DNA of 64,000 nucleotides from Stegostoma tigrinum (taxonomy: Eukaryota), in the NCBI RefSeq assembly GCF_030684315.1, contig NC_081377.1:1922001-1986000 (forward strand), written 5' to 3'. The notes beneath the pieces were generated by a model. It was given only the letters and a program-made list of their open reading frames with translations, was not told the origin of the DNA and ran no database searches. The stretch's first letter is position 1. Each line of letters opens with the position of its first letter. Shown here piece by piece: positions 38,371 through 51,339 of the stretch. The position numbers were made by a program, and so were the translations under genes.

Positions 38371-41300
38371 AAATCACAGGTAGGCCAGGCCAGTTAAGGG
38401 CAGCGGTTAAATCCCCTAAAGGGCATTAGTGAACCAAATGGATTTATGTTCATTGTCTTATACCGATCTAATCGTGAACATGATCCTAGTTACCACACAG
38501 TTCCCTTTGGTAGTTAACTTGGTCCAAAACATTTCTGATCAGTTTATCAGAAGAGCCTGTTGAAACAAAGTGACAATTGTGGATCAAGTGTTTGGAAATC
38601 AGAAACTTAGTCAAGGCTTGTTTGATATACTAAATCTCATTGTTCAATCTCTAAAAGATTTTAGAAATTTAATCCCACATTTACAATGCAAATTTTGTGA
38701 AACCATTAGTGGGGGAAGCAGTTAAAATGATTGATGACAACTCAATTTTGCTGCAAATTGTTGAATTTCAAAGATGCCTGATTTTTCAGGTGGCTGAGGG
38801 GACCATCTGAGTCAGGCATGACTCTCGTACATTTATGCAGTGTCCTTTTATTTCAGTTAGATGTTGATTTGATCTTAACAAGGAAGTAAATGGGCGTTCC
38901 TGTGACTGGCAAGACTGACTGGGCTGGTCCTCAAAAAGGTACTGCATGCTTAATTCATAGCTTTCATTTTTAGGTCTGAGGAGGGGGATTCCTTTCTGCT
39001 GGAAGGGCCAGTGCTTGCTAGACCTAGCAGTCAAAATTCTCAGTTTGAGTGTTAGCAGTGAGTTCTAAGTGGAACAAAGTCAAAGCATTAACTAAACTGT
39101 TAAAGTCAACTCCAAGCTTTACCAAAGCTTCCTATTCATCGGATTTAATGCAGGCTGGGTTTTAACAAATTTAACAATTTACATAAATTAACAATTTATA
39201 AAAGCAAACCAAACTTGACAATTTAGTCCAAAAGCCTTTGAGCTAATGACAGAGACTCACTACATCCAAATACACAGACATCGAGATTCAAGGGCAAGTC
39301 AGGTGGGACATTATTTATGCAATTATTCAGTTATGGAATAGGTTACCAGGACAGCTGCAAAAGTGTATGGCGTAAATGGGAGCAAGAAACATTTGGACAA
39401 GCTCTAGCAGAGAAAACTTTGTGAATTGCATCAGCGTGTGTTCTACATAATATACATGTGGCAGCCACTGCGTAATAGTGATGGAGTGGGTGGCTTTTGA
39501 GGCTCGGAGTCGTGGTCATTCAAGAAAACTCATGTGACCGAATGTTGAGATGCTTTTTAGAATTTGTAACAATTGTTAAGTGTATGGTAGAGAAGCACTG
39601 AGGGATCAGGAGATGAATCACATGCTACAGAATACCCAAATTCTGACCAGCTTTCATAGCCACAGCATTAATGTGGTTGATTTAGTTAAACCTCTGATCA
39701 ATATTGAGTCCATAAGATACTACTTCTGCTTTGATTGAGTTGGCATCATGGACTAACGTTCCTTCCTGCCAAGATTTATGTGTTTAGCACTAAAGAAGCA
39801 AGGCCAGCATTTACTGTCCTTCACTACTTACTTGCAAGAAGGTGGTGGAAGTGAGCTGCTATCTTGACCCATTATGGATTATTTTGGTCAAATGCTGTTC
39901 AAGAGGACCCAGCAAAGGTGAACGAATTGTCTTATTTTCTGTGTTTTTCCTGTGTCCCTGCTGTTCTTCTTTAAAACTGTGAGTGTTACAGGTTTTGGAG
40001 ATGGTTAGACTTTTTCATGTTGAAAAGGGGGTGGAGAAGTGGGTACTGTTGCAGGAACCTATCCATAAGGATTGGGGTGCTGCAGGCTAATGTTCTGGTG
40101 GTGGGGGTGCGGTGGGGGGAGCGGAATGGCAGTTGTGAAGGGTGCAACGAGGAGGCTATCAGGAAGGGGATCCAGATGTTTGGGGGCTCACTGATATGCA
40201 GAACTGGTGACCCAGAGCCACTGCCCAAAGAAAAGGGGTGGTGAAGTGGGTACTGTTGCAGAACTGGTGACCCAGAGTCACTGCCCAAAGAATACTCCAT
40301 CACATTGCACTGTGCTGGAAACACAAAATATGTAAAAGGAATGAAAATGGCTGACCACACTCGGAGTGAGCAGGGCAATGTCTTGACCCTAAGGGAGATG
40401 GCTGCAGAAGCAAACAATGATGTATCAGCCATGGAGTGTACAAGACACAGAGCCGCTGTGGGTGTTGGAGCAGGTTGGGAAAAGGCGGTGAAGTGTCCTG
40501 CTGAGTGAGCAGATGTACAGAGGCCGTGCAGTGTTAGTTATGTGAGAGATTGGGTGGGGGTGAGAGCAAGTGAGGGAAGATATTGCTGGCAATAGTGAGA
40601 GTCGCAGAGCTTGATCCTGAATGGGAGATGCTGAGTAAGTATCAGCTGAGTGGCAAGTTGTTCCAGGAAGGGTGTGTGGTGAGATGATGCTAGAATCAGA
40701 CATGAGAAACCGAGGGGGTGGGGTAGGTAGTTACTGAGGCGGATTTTGTAAGATATAGTGAGAATTTTCACGAAGTCTTGCAGAGAAATTGTGACAACCA
40801 AGAGAAACATAAGAATCAGCTCTCTACATTCATTCTAATTGGATTGGATATGACGTTTTTGAACTCCTTAAGGAGAAATAGTTCAAAGTTTTTCATAAGT
40901 GCCTATAACCACTGGTCAAAATTAAACTGCTTCAGACTTTCAAATTCCAAGTATGTCTGGTCAGGCCATTTTCTGAGGGTATGGAACTTTTGAGAAACTA
41001 TCAGCAGGAGTAGGCCATTCAGGCTTTCAAACCTGCTCCACCATTCAATCTAGTCATAACTTCCTTGGGGTGGTATACCATTCGAGTTACCACTTAAAAT
41101 AGCCTTCTTAACTACCTTATAATCAATAATCTCTCTCTTTCTCCCGTTCCTTCTCTTTTCTTTGAAATTCTACTTTCCATTCCAATTTTAATCCCTTTAC
41201 CACGACCGTCTCCAATTAACCTAGCCCAGTTTCCACCTACAAACTACTGACCATGTCTTTTAAAGTTTTTGGGTCGCTGGGTTTTGGGCAAAATTGTCAA

Positions 41301-42184
41301 ATCTTCTCACTGTTTGAGGGACAGAGTTTTTAAATCTCAAATGTAACTTCCCCTAATTCTGCCAGGAATGTGCTGCCATTGAATTGTGATTTTGAATCAT
41401 CACAAGCTCAAAAAAGCCCTGTCTAGTTTCTTATTTTTAAAAAAATGGTTTCAATGTGACAAATGACCCACTCCAGTTCTTTTGTTTAAGCTGTGGGACC
41501 AAATTATGGCAAAAGCCTTCAATTTGTTACACTTAGGCCCTGGCTGAGGCTCCTCAATTTGTTCCAGATGGGATAGCTCAAAGTCCCTTTCTTTATTCAT
41601 CCCACCCACCCTTCAGTTGTTTGCAATCAGGTTAATTTAGAAAGGAACTGTTCTCTTCACATTGTCTCACTTCATCCTGGTCTTCCACGATATTGTGAAG
41701 TTTTAATATCTTGGACTGCGATGGGAGATGCATTCATTTTCTTAATAATTCTGCTGGTCTTAATCCATTTTGCGCTGGCGATAGTCTGGAACTCAACTGA
41801 AGCAAATCAATATCATTTTTCTTCAGCAAACATTTTATTGTTTTCACTCCTCATTCTGTTTCACCATTTGCTGAAGTGTAATGAGGTGAACTCAATTTGT
41901 GAATGAAGCCATTTTTGCAGACAAACTCTCCAAATTGCTTGATTGCAAACTGTGGCTTGTTATCAGGTACCATTGTATTTGGTATACTCTGAATCAAATA
42001 GATTCATTTCAATGATTTTATTTACAGGCCTATTGTAAAACTCTGTTTACAATTTATGAAATAACAACAATATGGAATAAGAGGAGAAGTAGGCCATTTG
42101 ACACATGGAATCTGTTCCAGCAATCAATAAGATCCTGGCTGTTCAATTTGTGTTTTGGATTTGACATTCCTTTGACCCATCTAC

Positions 42185-42570
42185 CGCTGGTTTCAGCAGG
42201 CCATCAGTCCTTGGCAGTTTCGACAGCACCCGGTCCTCAGTGGTTTTGAGGGGCCCCTTGTCCTCGACAGTTTCAACTGGACCCCAGTTCTTGACAATTT
42301 TGAGTGGGCCCCAGTCCTCAGACGTTGGACAGGTCTCTAGTCCTCAGCAGTTGGGCAGGCCCCGGACTTCGGCCGTTTCAACAGGCCCTGGTCCTCTGCA
42401 GTTTCAACAGACCCCTGGTCCTTGGCAGTTTCAGCAGGCCCCTGGGCCTCAGCAGTTTCAGCAGACCTCTGGTGCTCAGCAGTTTCAACAGGCCCCCAGT
42501 TCTTTACAGTTTCAAGAGGCCCCCAGTTTTCAAAAGTTGGACAGGACCCAATCTTCAGCAGTGGCCAGTT
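42185..42570 (+). repeat. Degenerate ~26-27-bp minisatellite inside an unclassified insertion (~42185-42735) in a CR1 tail
   Basis: Units like cagcagtttcaacaggcccctggtcct; ORF 42240-42575 reads QFQQ(A/T)PG repeats. Confidence 0.8.
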
Positions 42571-42739
42571 TGTGAAACCAAGAGGTCATGGAATGAACAA
42601 TAAGTTATATTTGTCTTAACTTTTTCTTATTTTTTAAAATATATAATTTATGTAATTAAATAGCACTGTTTTGTGGCAACTTATACATATTTACTGTATT
42701 TTCACAAATACAAGTAACACTAAGTTTCTACCTATCTAT

Positions 42740-43680
42740 TTATCCCCAATAACTCTTCATTCATTTTCCTAACAAGAATCAATCCACCTCTAACTTAAAA
42801 AAATTCAATGAACACGCCCCCTCTACAGCCTTCTGAGATAGTGAGTTCCAAAGCTGTAAAATCCTCTGACAGAAAGAAAATGATCATCATCTCTGTCCTA
42901 AAAGGGTGACCCCAAATTTTAAAATAATAGCCCCTAGTTCTGGTTTCCCCTACAAAAGGAAAACCCTTTCCACATCCATCCCATCAAAACTATTTAAGAT
43001 CTCCTAAACATCTATCAAGTCACTCCAGACTCTTCTAAACTCTGGTGGAAACAAGTCCAGTTTGTCCAACTTATCCTCGTAAGACAATTCACTTATTCCA
43101 TGTGTCCATCTAGCAAACCTCCAATGTATTTACATCCTTTCTTAAATAAGGAGATCAAAATTGCGCAGGGTATTTGAGATGCATTCTTACCAATATCCTC
43201 CACAGCCCTGGAGCACACCGTTTATGTTCAATTCCTTTCATGATAAAGGCTCGCATCCATAAGCACCCTTGATAATATGCCTACATACTAACTTGCTGAG
43301 ACTCACACACCATTACACCTAGATTCCTGTGCCCATCAGAATTCCCCCATTCTTCTCCATTTAAGCAATGCTCTTACTTTTCTCATTCTTCCTGTCAAAG
43401 TCAGCCAACCTGACATGTTCCCAGATTATACCCCATTGGCAAGATTTTTGCTCACTCAACCCACCCAAATCCTTATTTCTTCTACACAACATGCTTTTCT
43501 ATCAGTTTTTGTGCATTATCTGTGCCTTTCTCCCCTAATCAGTTATTTCTGTAAACTGTAAACCTGAGGCTCCAGCATAGTTCCCTATGGGATCCCACTC
43601 ATTATCGCCTGAACAATCAAAGGCCCATTTCTGCATATTCTGTTTTTTTTTGCCAGCTGGCCAAACTTCTAGCTGTAACA
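42740..43680 (-). mobile_element. Old CR1 3' fragment
   Basis: Minus-strand YEDKLDKLDLFP-like remnant; tail at 42070-42180. Confidence 0.65.
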
Positions 43681-43869
43681 GTTGATAATTTTCAAAAATA
43701 TTTAGTAATGGGATGTGAACATTGTTGGTCTGGTCAGCATTTATTACCCATCCCTAAAGGGCAGTTAAGAGTCAATAATATTGCTGGGGGTCTGGAGTCA
43801 CATGTAGGCCAGACCAGATAATGATGGCAGATTTCCTTCCCTGAAAGGAGATTAGTGAACCAGATGAGT

Positions 43870-44841
43870 CAGTGTTGGGTCCACTGCTGTTTGTCATTTT
43901 TATAAATGACCTGGATGAGGGCGTAGAAGGATGGTTTAGTAAATTTGCAGACGACACTAAGGTCGGTGGAGTTTTGGATAGTGACGAAGGATGCTGTAGG
44001 TTGCAGAGAGACATAGATAAGCTGCCAAGCTGGGCTGAGAGGTGGCAAATGGAGTTTAATGCAGACAAGTGTGAGGTGATGCACTTTGGTAGGAGTAACC
44101 GGAAGGCAAAATACAGGGCTAATGGTAAGATTCTTCGCAGTGTAGATGAGCAGAGAGATCTCGGTGTCCATGTACACAGATCCTTGAAAGTTGCCACCCA
44201 AGTTGACAGGGCTGTTAAGAAGGCATACAGTGTTTTAGCTTTTATTAATAGAGGGATCGAGTTCGGGAACCAAGAGGTTATGGTGAAGCTGTACAAAACT
44301 CTGGTGTGGCTGCACTTGGAGTATTGTGTACAGTTCTGGTCACCACATTATAAGAAGGATGTGGAAGCTTTGGAAAGGGTGCAGAGGAGATTTACTAGGA
44401 TGTTGCCTGGTATGGAGGGAAGGTCTTACGAGGAAAGGCTGAGGGACTTGAGGCTGTTTTCATTAGAGAGAAGAAGGTTGAGAGGTGACTTAATTGAAAC
44501 ATATAAAATAATCAGAGGGTTAGATAGGGTGGATAGGGAGAGCCTTTTTCCTAGGATGGTGACGGCAAGCACGAGGGGGCATAGCTTTAAATTGAGGGAT
44601 GAAAGATATAGGACAGATGTCAGAGGTAGTTTCTTTACTCAGAGAGTAGTAAGGGAATGGAACACTTTGCCTGCAACGGTAGTAGATTCGCCAACTTTAG
44701 GTACATTTTAGTCGTCATTGGATAAGTATATGGACGTACATGGAATAGTGTAGGTTAGATGGGCTTGAGATCGGTATGACAGGTCGGCACAACATCGAGG
44801 GCCGAAGGGCCTGTACTGTGCTGTAATGTTCTATGTTCTAT
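43870..44841 (+). mobile_element. Young 5'-truncated CR1 (HER1-like) LINE; 279-aa RT C-terminal ORF 43872-44711
   Basis: LGPLLFVIFINDL, KFADDTK, WQMEFNADKC, LEYCVQFWSP; (tgttcta)n tail; inserted into a minus-strand SINE (43708-43868 / 44842-45020). Confidence 0.95.
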
Positions 44842-45194
44842 GGGTTGTTACAACAATTGATAGTGGATACATGGTTGATTGGGCTAGATTTTTTAATCCA
44901 AGTCTTTAAAAATATCGGATACAGATTTCACCACTTGCTACGGCAGTATTTGTTTCCATGTCCTACAGCATTAGCCTGGGGTTCTAGATTGCCCGTCCAG
45001 TAAAGGTAACATTACCACCTCCTCTATTAAACTCCACTCTTAGCCTTTCTCTAGTTCTTGTTGGGAATATTGATGGCAATAAAAGTTTTTTCGTGTTCCT
45101 GACTGTTGATTGTGCAAATTCTGCAGTTCACTTTCATCTCTTCAATTCATTGAGTACTTTCTGCTCGCCAAACTGACTGTCAAGCTCCTACTCT

Positions 45195-46205
45195 GCATTT
45201 TTAAATGTTGTAATTGTACTTGCATCCACCACTTCCTCAGGAAGTTCAATGTGCCTATCCAATAGTCGCTTAAATGTCCCTAATGATGACTGTGAATCCA
45301 TTGTCGATTGTCAGAAAAACCCATCTGGTTCACTAATGTTCTTTAGAGAAGGAAATGGCCATCCTTACCTGGTCTGGCCTACACATGACTCCAGACCCAC
45401 AGTGATGTGGTTGACTCTTAACTGCCCTCTGGGCAATTAGGGATGGGCAATAATTGCTGCCTGGCCAGTGACATCCTCATCCCATGAAAGAATAAAGACA
45501 GTTCATTTCACACACGAACCACCCTCTGTGTAAAAAACTTGCCTGTTATATCCTTTTTAAATCACTCTCCTCTCACCTTAAAAATGTGCCCCCTAGGCTT
45601 GAAATTCCCCATCCTTGGGAAAAGGCAACTACCATCAACTCCATCTATACCTGTCATTATTTTATAAATGTCAACCTTCATTGCTCAGTCCATTGAGAAG
45701 AGGAGTGAGGAAGTCATATTGAGGTTGTACAGGAGATTGGTGAGGCCACTTCTGGAATACTGTGTCCAGTTCTAATTGCCCAGTTACAGGAAGGATATTA
45801 TCAAGAAGGACAGGGTTCAGAATAGATTTACTAAGATGTTGCTGGGTATGGAAGGTTTGAGTTATAAGGAAAGACTGGGACATTTTTCACTGGAGTGCAG
45901 GAGGTTGAAAGGTAGCTTGATAAAAATTTATAAAATAATGAGAGGTGTAGATACAGTTGATGGTAGTTGTCTTTTCCTTAGGATGGAGTATTTCAGACTA
46001 AGGGGCACATTTTTAAGTTGAGAGGAAAGACATTTAAAAAAAGATATAAGAGGCAAATATTTAACCCAGAGGGTGGTCACCTGTGAAGTGAAATTCCTCA
46101 GGAATTGGTGGATCCAGGTACAATTACAATGTTTAAAAGACATTTGGACGGATATAGAGTCGGAAACGTTCGGAGGGATATGGGCCAGGAGCAGGCACGT
46201 GGGAC
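45195..46205. mobile_element. CR1 fragments in opposite orientations (minus 45195-45670, plus 45690-46205) with a nested SINE piece (45283-45497)
   Basis: ORF 45776-46021 is CR1-like; the reverse-strand partner is the same family. Confidence 0.7.
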
Positions 46206-46206
46206 T

Positions 46207-47070
46207 AGAACATAGAAAGAACAGTACAGCACAGTACAGGCCAGGCCCTTCGGCCCATGATGTTGTGCCAGCCTATTATCCTACTCTAAGATCAAACTAC
46301 CCTGCATATCCTTCATTTTACTGTTATCACTGTGACTATCCAAGTGTTGCTTAAATGTCCCTAATGTATCTGACTCCACTACCATTGTCAGCAGCGCATT
46401 CCATGCACCCATCAGTCTCTGTGTAAAGAAACTACCTCTGACATCTCCCCTATACTGTTTTCCAATCACCTTAAAATGATGTCCCCTCATAATACTTACT
46501 TCTGCCCTGTGTAAAAGTTTCTGGCTATCCACTGTATCTATGCCTCTCATCATCTTGCACACCTCTATCAAGTCACGTCTCATCCTTCTTTGATCCAATG
46601 AGAAAAGCCCTAGCTCCCTCAAACTTTCTTTGTAAGACCTGCCCTCCAGTCCAGGTTGCATCCTGGTAAATCTCCTCTGCACCCTCTCTAAAGCTTCCAC
46701 ATCCTTCCTGTAATGATGAGACCAGAACTGAACACAATATTCCAAGTGTGGTCTAACCAGGGTTTTATACTGCTGCAGCATAATCTCACGGATCTTAAAC
46801 TCATTTCCCCTGCCAATGAAAACCAACGTACCATACACCTCCTTAACAACCCTATTAACTTGGGTGAAAACTTTGAGGGATCTAAGAATGTGAACCCCAA
46901 CATCTCTCTGTACTTCCATACTGCCAAGAATCCTGCGATTAACTCTGTGTTCTACATTCAAATTTGACCTTCCAAAATGAATCAATTCTCATATTTCTGG
47001 GTTGAATTCCATCTGCCACTTCTTTGCCCAGCTCTGCATTCTGTCAATGTCCCGTTACAGCCTACCACAG
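46207..47070 (-). mobile_element. CR1 LINE 3' fragment
   Basis: ORF 46281-46985 (234 aa; RPHLEYCVQFWS, RRFTRM, FFTQRL). Confidence 0.92.
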
Positions 47071-47278
47071 CTAGTCGGCATATACTGGTTGGGCCGAAGA
47101 GTCTGTTTCCATGCTGTATGACTCGAAGCCACCTCTCAACCTCCTATGCTCCAGTGAAAAAGTGCCAACCTATCCAGCCTTTGTTTATAACTCAAACCTC
47201 TATCGAGTTTTGAGAAGATTTGTAGCTCAGGTTGAGATTCTGGATGTGAGTTTGCTCGCTGAGCTGGAAGGTTAGTTT

Positions 47279-47318
47279 TCAGACGTTTCGTCACCATTCT
47301 AGGTAACATCATCAGTGA
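47279..47318 (-). ncRNA. Minimal type I hammerhead ribozyme, intact core
   Basis: Exact reverse complement of 48026-48065. Confidence 0.85.
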
Positions 47319-48025
47319 GCCTCTGACGAAGCGCTGGTGTTATGTCCCACTTTCTATTTATCTGGTTAGGTTTCCTTGGGTTGGTGATGTCATTTCCTGT
47401 TCTTTTTCTCAGGGAATGGTAGATTGGCTCCAAATCAATGTGTTTGTTGATGGAGTTCCGGTTGGAATGCCATGCTTCTAGGAATTCTCGTGCATGTCTC
47501 TGTTTGGCTTGTCCTAGGATGGATGTGCTGTCCCAATCAAAGTGGTGTCCTTCCTTACCTGTATGTAAGGATATGAGTGATAGTGGGTCATGTCGTTTTG
47601 TGGCTAGTTGATGTTCATGTATCCTGGCGGCTAGCTTTCTGCCAGTTTGTCCAATGACAAACACTACATTGGACAAACTGGCAGAAAGCTAGCCACCAGG
47701 ATACATGAACATCAACTAGCCACAAAACGACATGACCCACTATCACTCGTATCCTTACATACAGATAAGGAAGGACACCAGTTTGACTGGGACAACACAT
47801 CCATCCTAGGACAAGCCAAACCGAGACATGCACAAGAATTCCTAGAAGCATGGCATTCCAACCGGAACTCCATCAACAAACACATTGATTTGGAGCCAAT
47901 CTACCATCCCCTGAGAAAAAGAACAGGAAATGACATCACCAACGCAGGAAATGACATCACCAACCCAAGGAAACCTAACCAGATAAATAGAAAGCGGGAC
48001 ATAACACCAGCACTTCATCAGAGGC

Positions 48026-48065
48026 TCACTGATGATGTTACCTAGAATGGTGACGAAACGTCTGA
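48026..48065 (+). ncRNA. Minimal type I hammerhead ribozyme, intact core
   Basis: UCA-CUGAUGA-U-GUUACC-uagaau-GGUGAC-GAAAC-GUC^UGA: 3-bp stem I, 6-bp stem II, GUC cleavage triplet; overlaps the end of the GIY-YIG reading frame. Confidence 0.85.
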
Positions 48066-48309
48066 AAACTAACCTTCCAGCTCAGCGAGCAAACTCACAT
48101 TCAAACCTCTATACCCAGCAACATCCTGGTAAGTCTCTTCTGAACACTCTCCAGCTTAATAATAGCCTTCTGGGCAACAAGAACTGGACACAGTATTCCA
48201 GAAGTGGCCTCACTAATGTCCTGTACAACGTCAACATAATGTCCTAACTCCTATACTCAAAGGACTGAGCAATGAAGGCAAGCGTGTCAAATGTCTTTTT
48301 AAACGCAAC

Positions 48310-48535
48310 AAGAACAGAAGCTGCTGGAAGCTCAGCAGGTTTGGCACTATCTGTGAAGAAAAAGTTAGAGTTAAAGTTTTGGGTCCAGTGACCCTTCCTC
48401 AGAACAATTTTGAAGAAGGGTCACCGGACCCAAAACGTTAACTCTGATTTCTCCTCATAGAGGCTGCCAGACCTGCTGAGCTTCCAGCAACCTTTGTTTT
48501 TGTTCCTGATTTACAGCATCTGCAGTTCTCTCACA
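48310..48535. mobile_element. PLE-derived fold-back mini-element, family B, with two back-to-back decayed hammerheads
   Basis: gggtccagtgacccttcctcagaac ... tgaagaagggtcaccggacccaaaacgttaac. Confidence 0.85.
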
Positions 48536-48794
48536 TTTTTAACTATCCTGTCTATATGTGATGCAAAATTTAAAGAATTATATACCTGCACCCTTAGATC
48601 CCTCTGTACTACAACACTGCCCAAGGCCCTACCATAAACGATATAAGGCCTATCCTTGTTTGTTTTACCAAAATGCAATACTTCACATTTATCCAGGTTG
48701 AACGCCATCTGCCATTTTTCAGCCCACTGACTCATTTGATCAAAGATCCCTTTTATGTTCTCATCCAAATCATTTATCTAAATGATACAAAAAA

Positions 48795-50490
48795 GGGGGG
48801 AGGGTAGGAGAGATGGTGACAGGGGCTTATCATGATCGGCCCCTGGGAAGGGAGGAGCAGATAGGTGAGTAGGAAGATGGACAGTTTAGGGCAGGGCAGG
48901 GAGGTGAGGAGGAGGGGGAGGGTTGGACATGGGATAAGGCTGGGGGTGGAGGGATTTCTAAACTGGTGAAGTCAATGTTGACACCATTGGGCTGTAAGCT
49001 CCCAGGGTGAAATATCAGATGTTGTTCCTCCAGTTTATGTTTGGCCTCACTCTGATAATGGAGGAGGTCAAGGATGGACATGTCGTCAGGGGAGTGGGAG
49101 GGGGAATGTCGTCAGGGGAGTGGGAGGGGAATGAAAATGGATGGAAACCAGGAGGTTGGGTTGGTTGATGCATTCTGTATGCATCAACCAATCCAACCTC
49201 CCGGTTTCCATCCATTTTCATGGTCTCATGTTTTTGGTCTCCCCAGAGGGGAGACCACATCAGGAGCAACGAATACAGTAGATCAGGTTGGATGAAGTGC
49301 AGGCGAGTCTCTGCCAGATCTGGAGGGATTGTTTGGGGCCTCGGACAGAGGTGAGAGGGGAGGTGTAGGGGCAGGTGTTGCACCTCTTGTGGTTGTAGGG
49401 AAAGGTAACAGGTGTGATGGAGACATTGGTGGGAGTGTACAACTGATGAGGGAGTCACGGAATGATCGATCCTTGTAGAAAGTGGACAGGGGTGGGGAAG
49501 GAAAATATGTTTTTGGTTGTGGGATCTGATTGTAGGAGGTGAAAATGTTGGAGGATGATGCATTGGGTTCAGAAGTTGTTGGGGTGGCACACAAGGTATA
49601 AGGGGACTCAATCCTTATTGTTGTTGGGGAGAGTGGCAGGGGTGCAAGCAATGGAGGAGATGCGGTTGAGGGCATCCTTAATTACAGAAGAGGGAAAACT
49701 ACAGTCCCTAACTTAGGAGGATATCTGGGATGTCCTGGAGTAGAATGCCTCATTCTGAGAGGAGATGTGGCAGAGGATTTGGGAGTATGGGGCAACATTT
49801 TTTGCAGGAGGGTGGGTGAGAGGAGGTATAATCGATGTAGAGGTGTGAGTCAGCGGGTTTGAAGTGGGTATCAGTGCTGAGTCGGTTTCTGGAGATGGAC
49901 ATGGAGTGGTCCAGAAAGTGGGTGGGGGACAGGTGATAGTGTCAGTAATGGTCCAGATGAATCTTACAGCAGGGTGGAAGGTGTTGGTGAAGTTGTTGCA
50001 CTGCTCAAGTTCCTCACAGAAGCACGAGGCCGCACTGATATAGCAGAGAAAGAGATGAGGGATGGTACCAGTGTAGTTGTGGAAGAGGGACTGTTTCACA
50101 AATCCTACAAAGAGGCAGGCATGGCTCAGGCCCATATAGGTGTCCATGGTCACCTCTTTGGTTTGTTCATGTCCAGCTCTTCTTCCACCTCACCTTCCTG
50201 ACCTGACCTAACCTGTCCATCTTCCTACTCACCTTTCCACTCCACCCTTCCCACAGACCAAGCACAATAACCCCACCTGCCTCCCCCTAGCACCATGTCT
50301 CCTCCCTTCTCCCAGCAACGCTCTCCCCCTTTATTTACTCCTGGGCTCCCCTCCCCCTCCCCAGTCCTGACGAAAAGTTTTACCCAAAACGTTGACTTTC
50401 CTGCTCCTCTGATGTTAGCTGCCTTGCTGTGCTTTTCTAGCCTCACACCTATAGACTCTGACTTCCAGCATCTGCAGTCCCTATTGTTTC
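48795..50490 (-). mobile_element. Older Neptune-type PLE (minus arm 48795-50165 with RT and GIY-YIG; plus-strand pLTR arm 50168-50490) nested in a CR1
   Basis: MGLSHACLFVG, FHPAVRF, KRCNTC, SSNLIYCIRCS, KLEEQHLIFH.GSLQPNGVNIDF; decayed hammerhead at ~50363-50396. Confidence 0.88.
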
Positions 50491-51143
50491 CCTGTGGAAC
50501 ACAACTGGGGATAGGCCTCCACTACTAAAGCAATCCTCCACCATTACCCTCTGTCTCCTGCCATTAAGCCAAGTATGTACCCAATTGATAAACTTACCCT
50601 GAATCCTATGTGATTTAATTTTACTAATTAGTTTACAATGCGGAACCTGGTCAAAGGCTTTACTAAAATCCACATAAACAACACCTACTGCTCTGTCATC
50701 AGCAATCTTCATGGTAATTTCCTCAAAAACCTCAATCAAGTTTGTGAGACATGATTTTCCTCATGCAAAACCATGCTGACTATAAATTTTTGTTTCTCTA
50801 AATGTCCATAAATCCTATCCTTTTTAATCACCTCCAACAATTTACCCACAAGCAAAGTCAGACTCACAGGTCTACAGTCCCCTGGTTTTTCCTAAGTACC
50901 TTTCTTAAACAAAGGTAGAACATTAGCCACCCAACAGTCACCCATAGTTATAGATGATGCAGATATTACTGCACCTTGCTGTATGGCAGTAAGTTGAGTT
51001 AATCTCACACTTACACCATGTCGCAGCAGCTCATGTGGCAAACACTCTGCATGTGCAGCCATCAAGCAGCCATGTTTTAAAGTTTTAGGGGAGTCGTCCT
51101 CATCAAAGTCCACAGAGGTACCATATCAGCACAACAGATACCA

Positions 51144-51320
51144 ACAGGTCTGCCAGCATCTGTGAAGAGAAATCAGAGTTAACGTTTCGGGTCCAGTGAC
51201 CCTTCCTCAGACGCTAACTCTGATTTTCTCCTCCACAGATGCTGTCAGACCTGCTGAGCTTTTCCAGCGACTTCTGTTTTCGTTCCTGATTTACAGCATC
51301 CGTGGCGCTTTTGGCCTTTA
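51144..51320. mobile_element. PLE-derived fold-back mini-element, family B
   Basis: Inverted arms; acagatac repeated on both flanks. Confidence 0.8.
51178..51211 (-). ncRNA. Minimal hammerhead core (family B, GUU triplet); stem I cut by the fold-back junction
   Basis: Minus strand CUGAGGA-A-GGGUC-acug-GACCC-GAAAC-GUU^AAC. Confidence 0.65.
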
Positions 51321-51339
51321 TGACAGATACTGGTCTTCA

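Larger units (their letters stand above)
47204..48100. mobile_element. Poseidon-type PLE fold-back insertion (two inverted copies of the GIY-YIG C-terminus and pLTR)
   Basis: ORFs 47647-48045 (+) and 47299-47676 (-): YIGQTGRKLATRIHEH...FLEAWHS; arms 47244-47656 / 47667-48100 with a 10-nt spacer; TSD tcaaacctctat at 47192-47203 and 48101-48112. Confidence 0.95.

Noticed and set aside
41721-41906. Hydrophobic 61-aa ORF with an ATG
   Set aside because: Explained by T-rich composition; no splice, promoter or homology support
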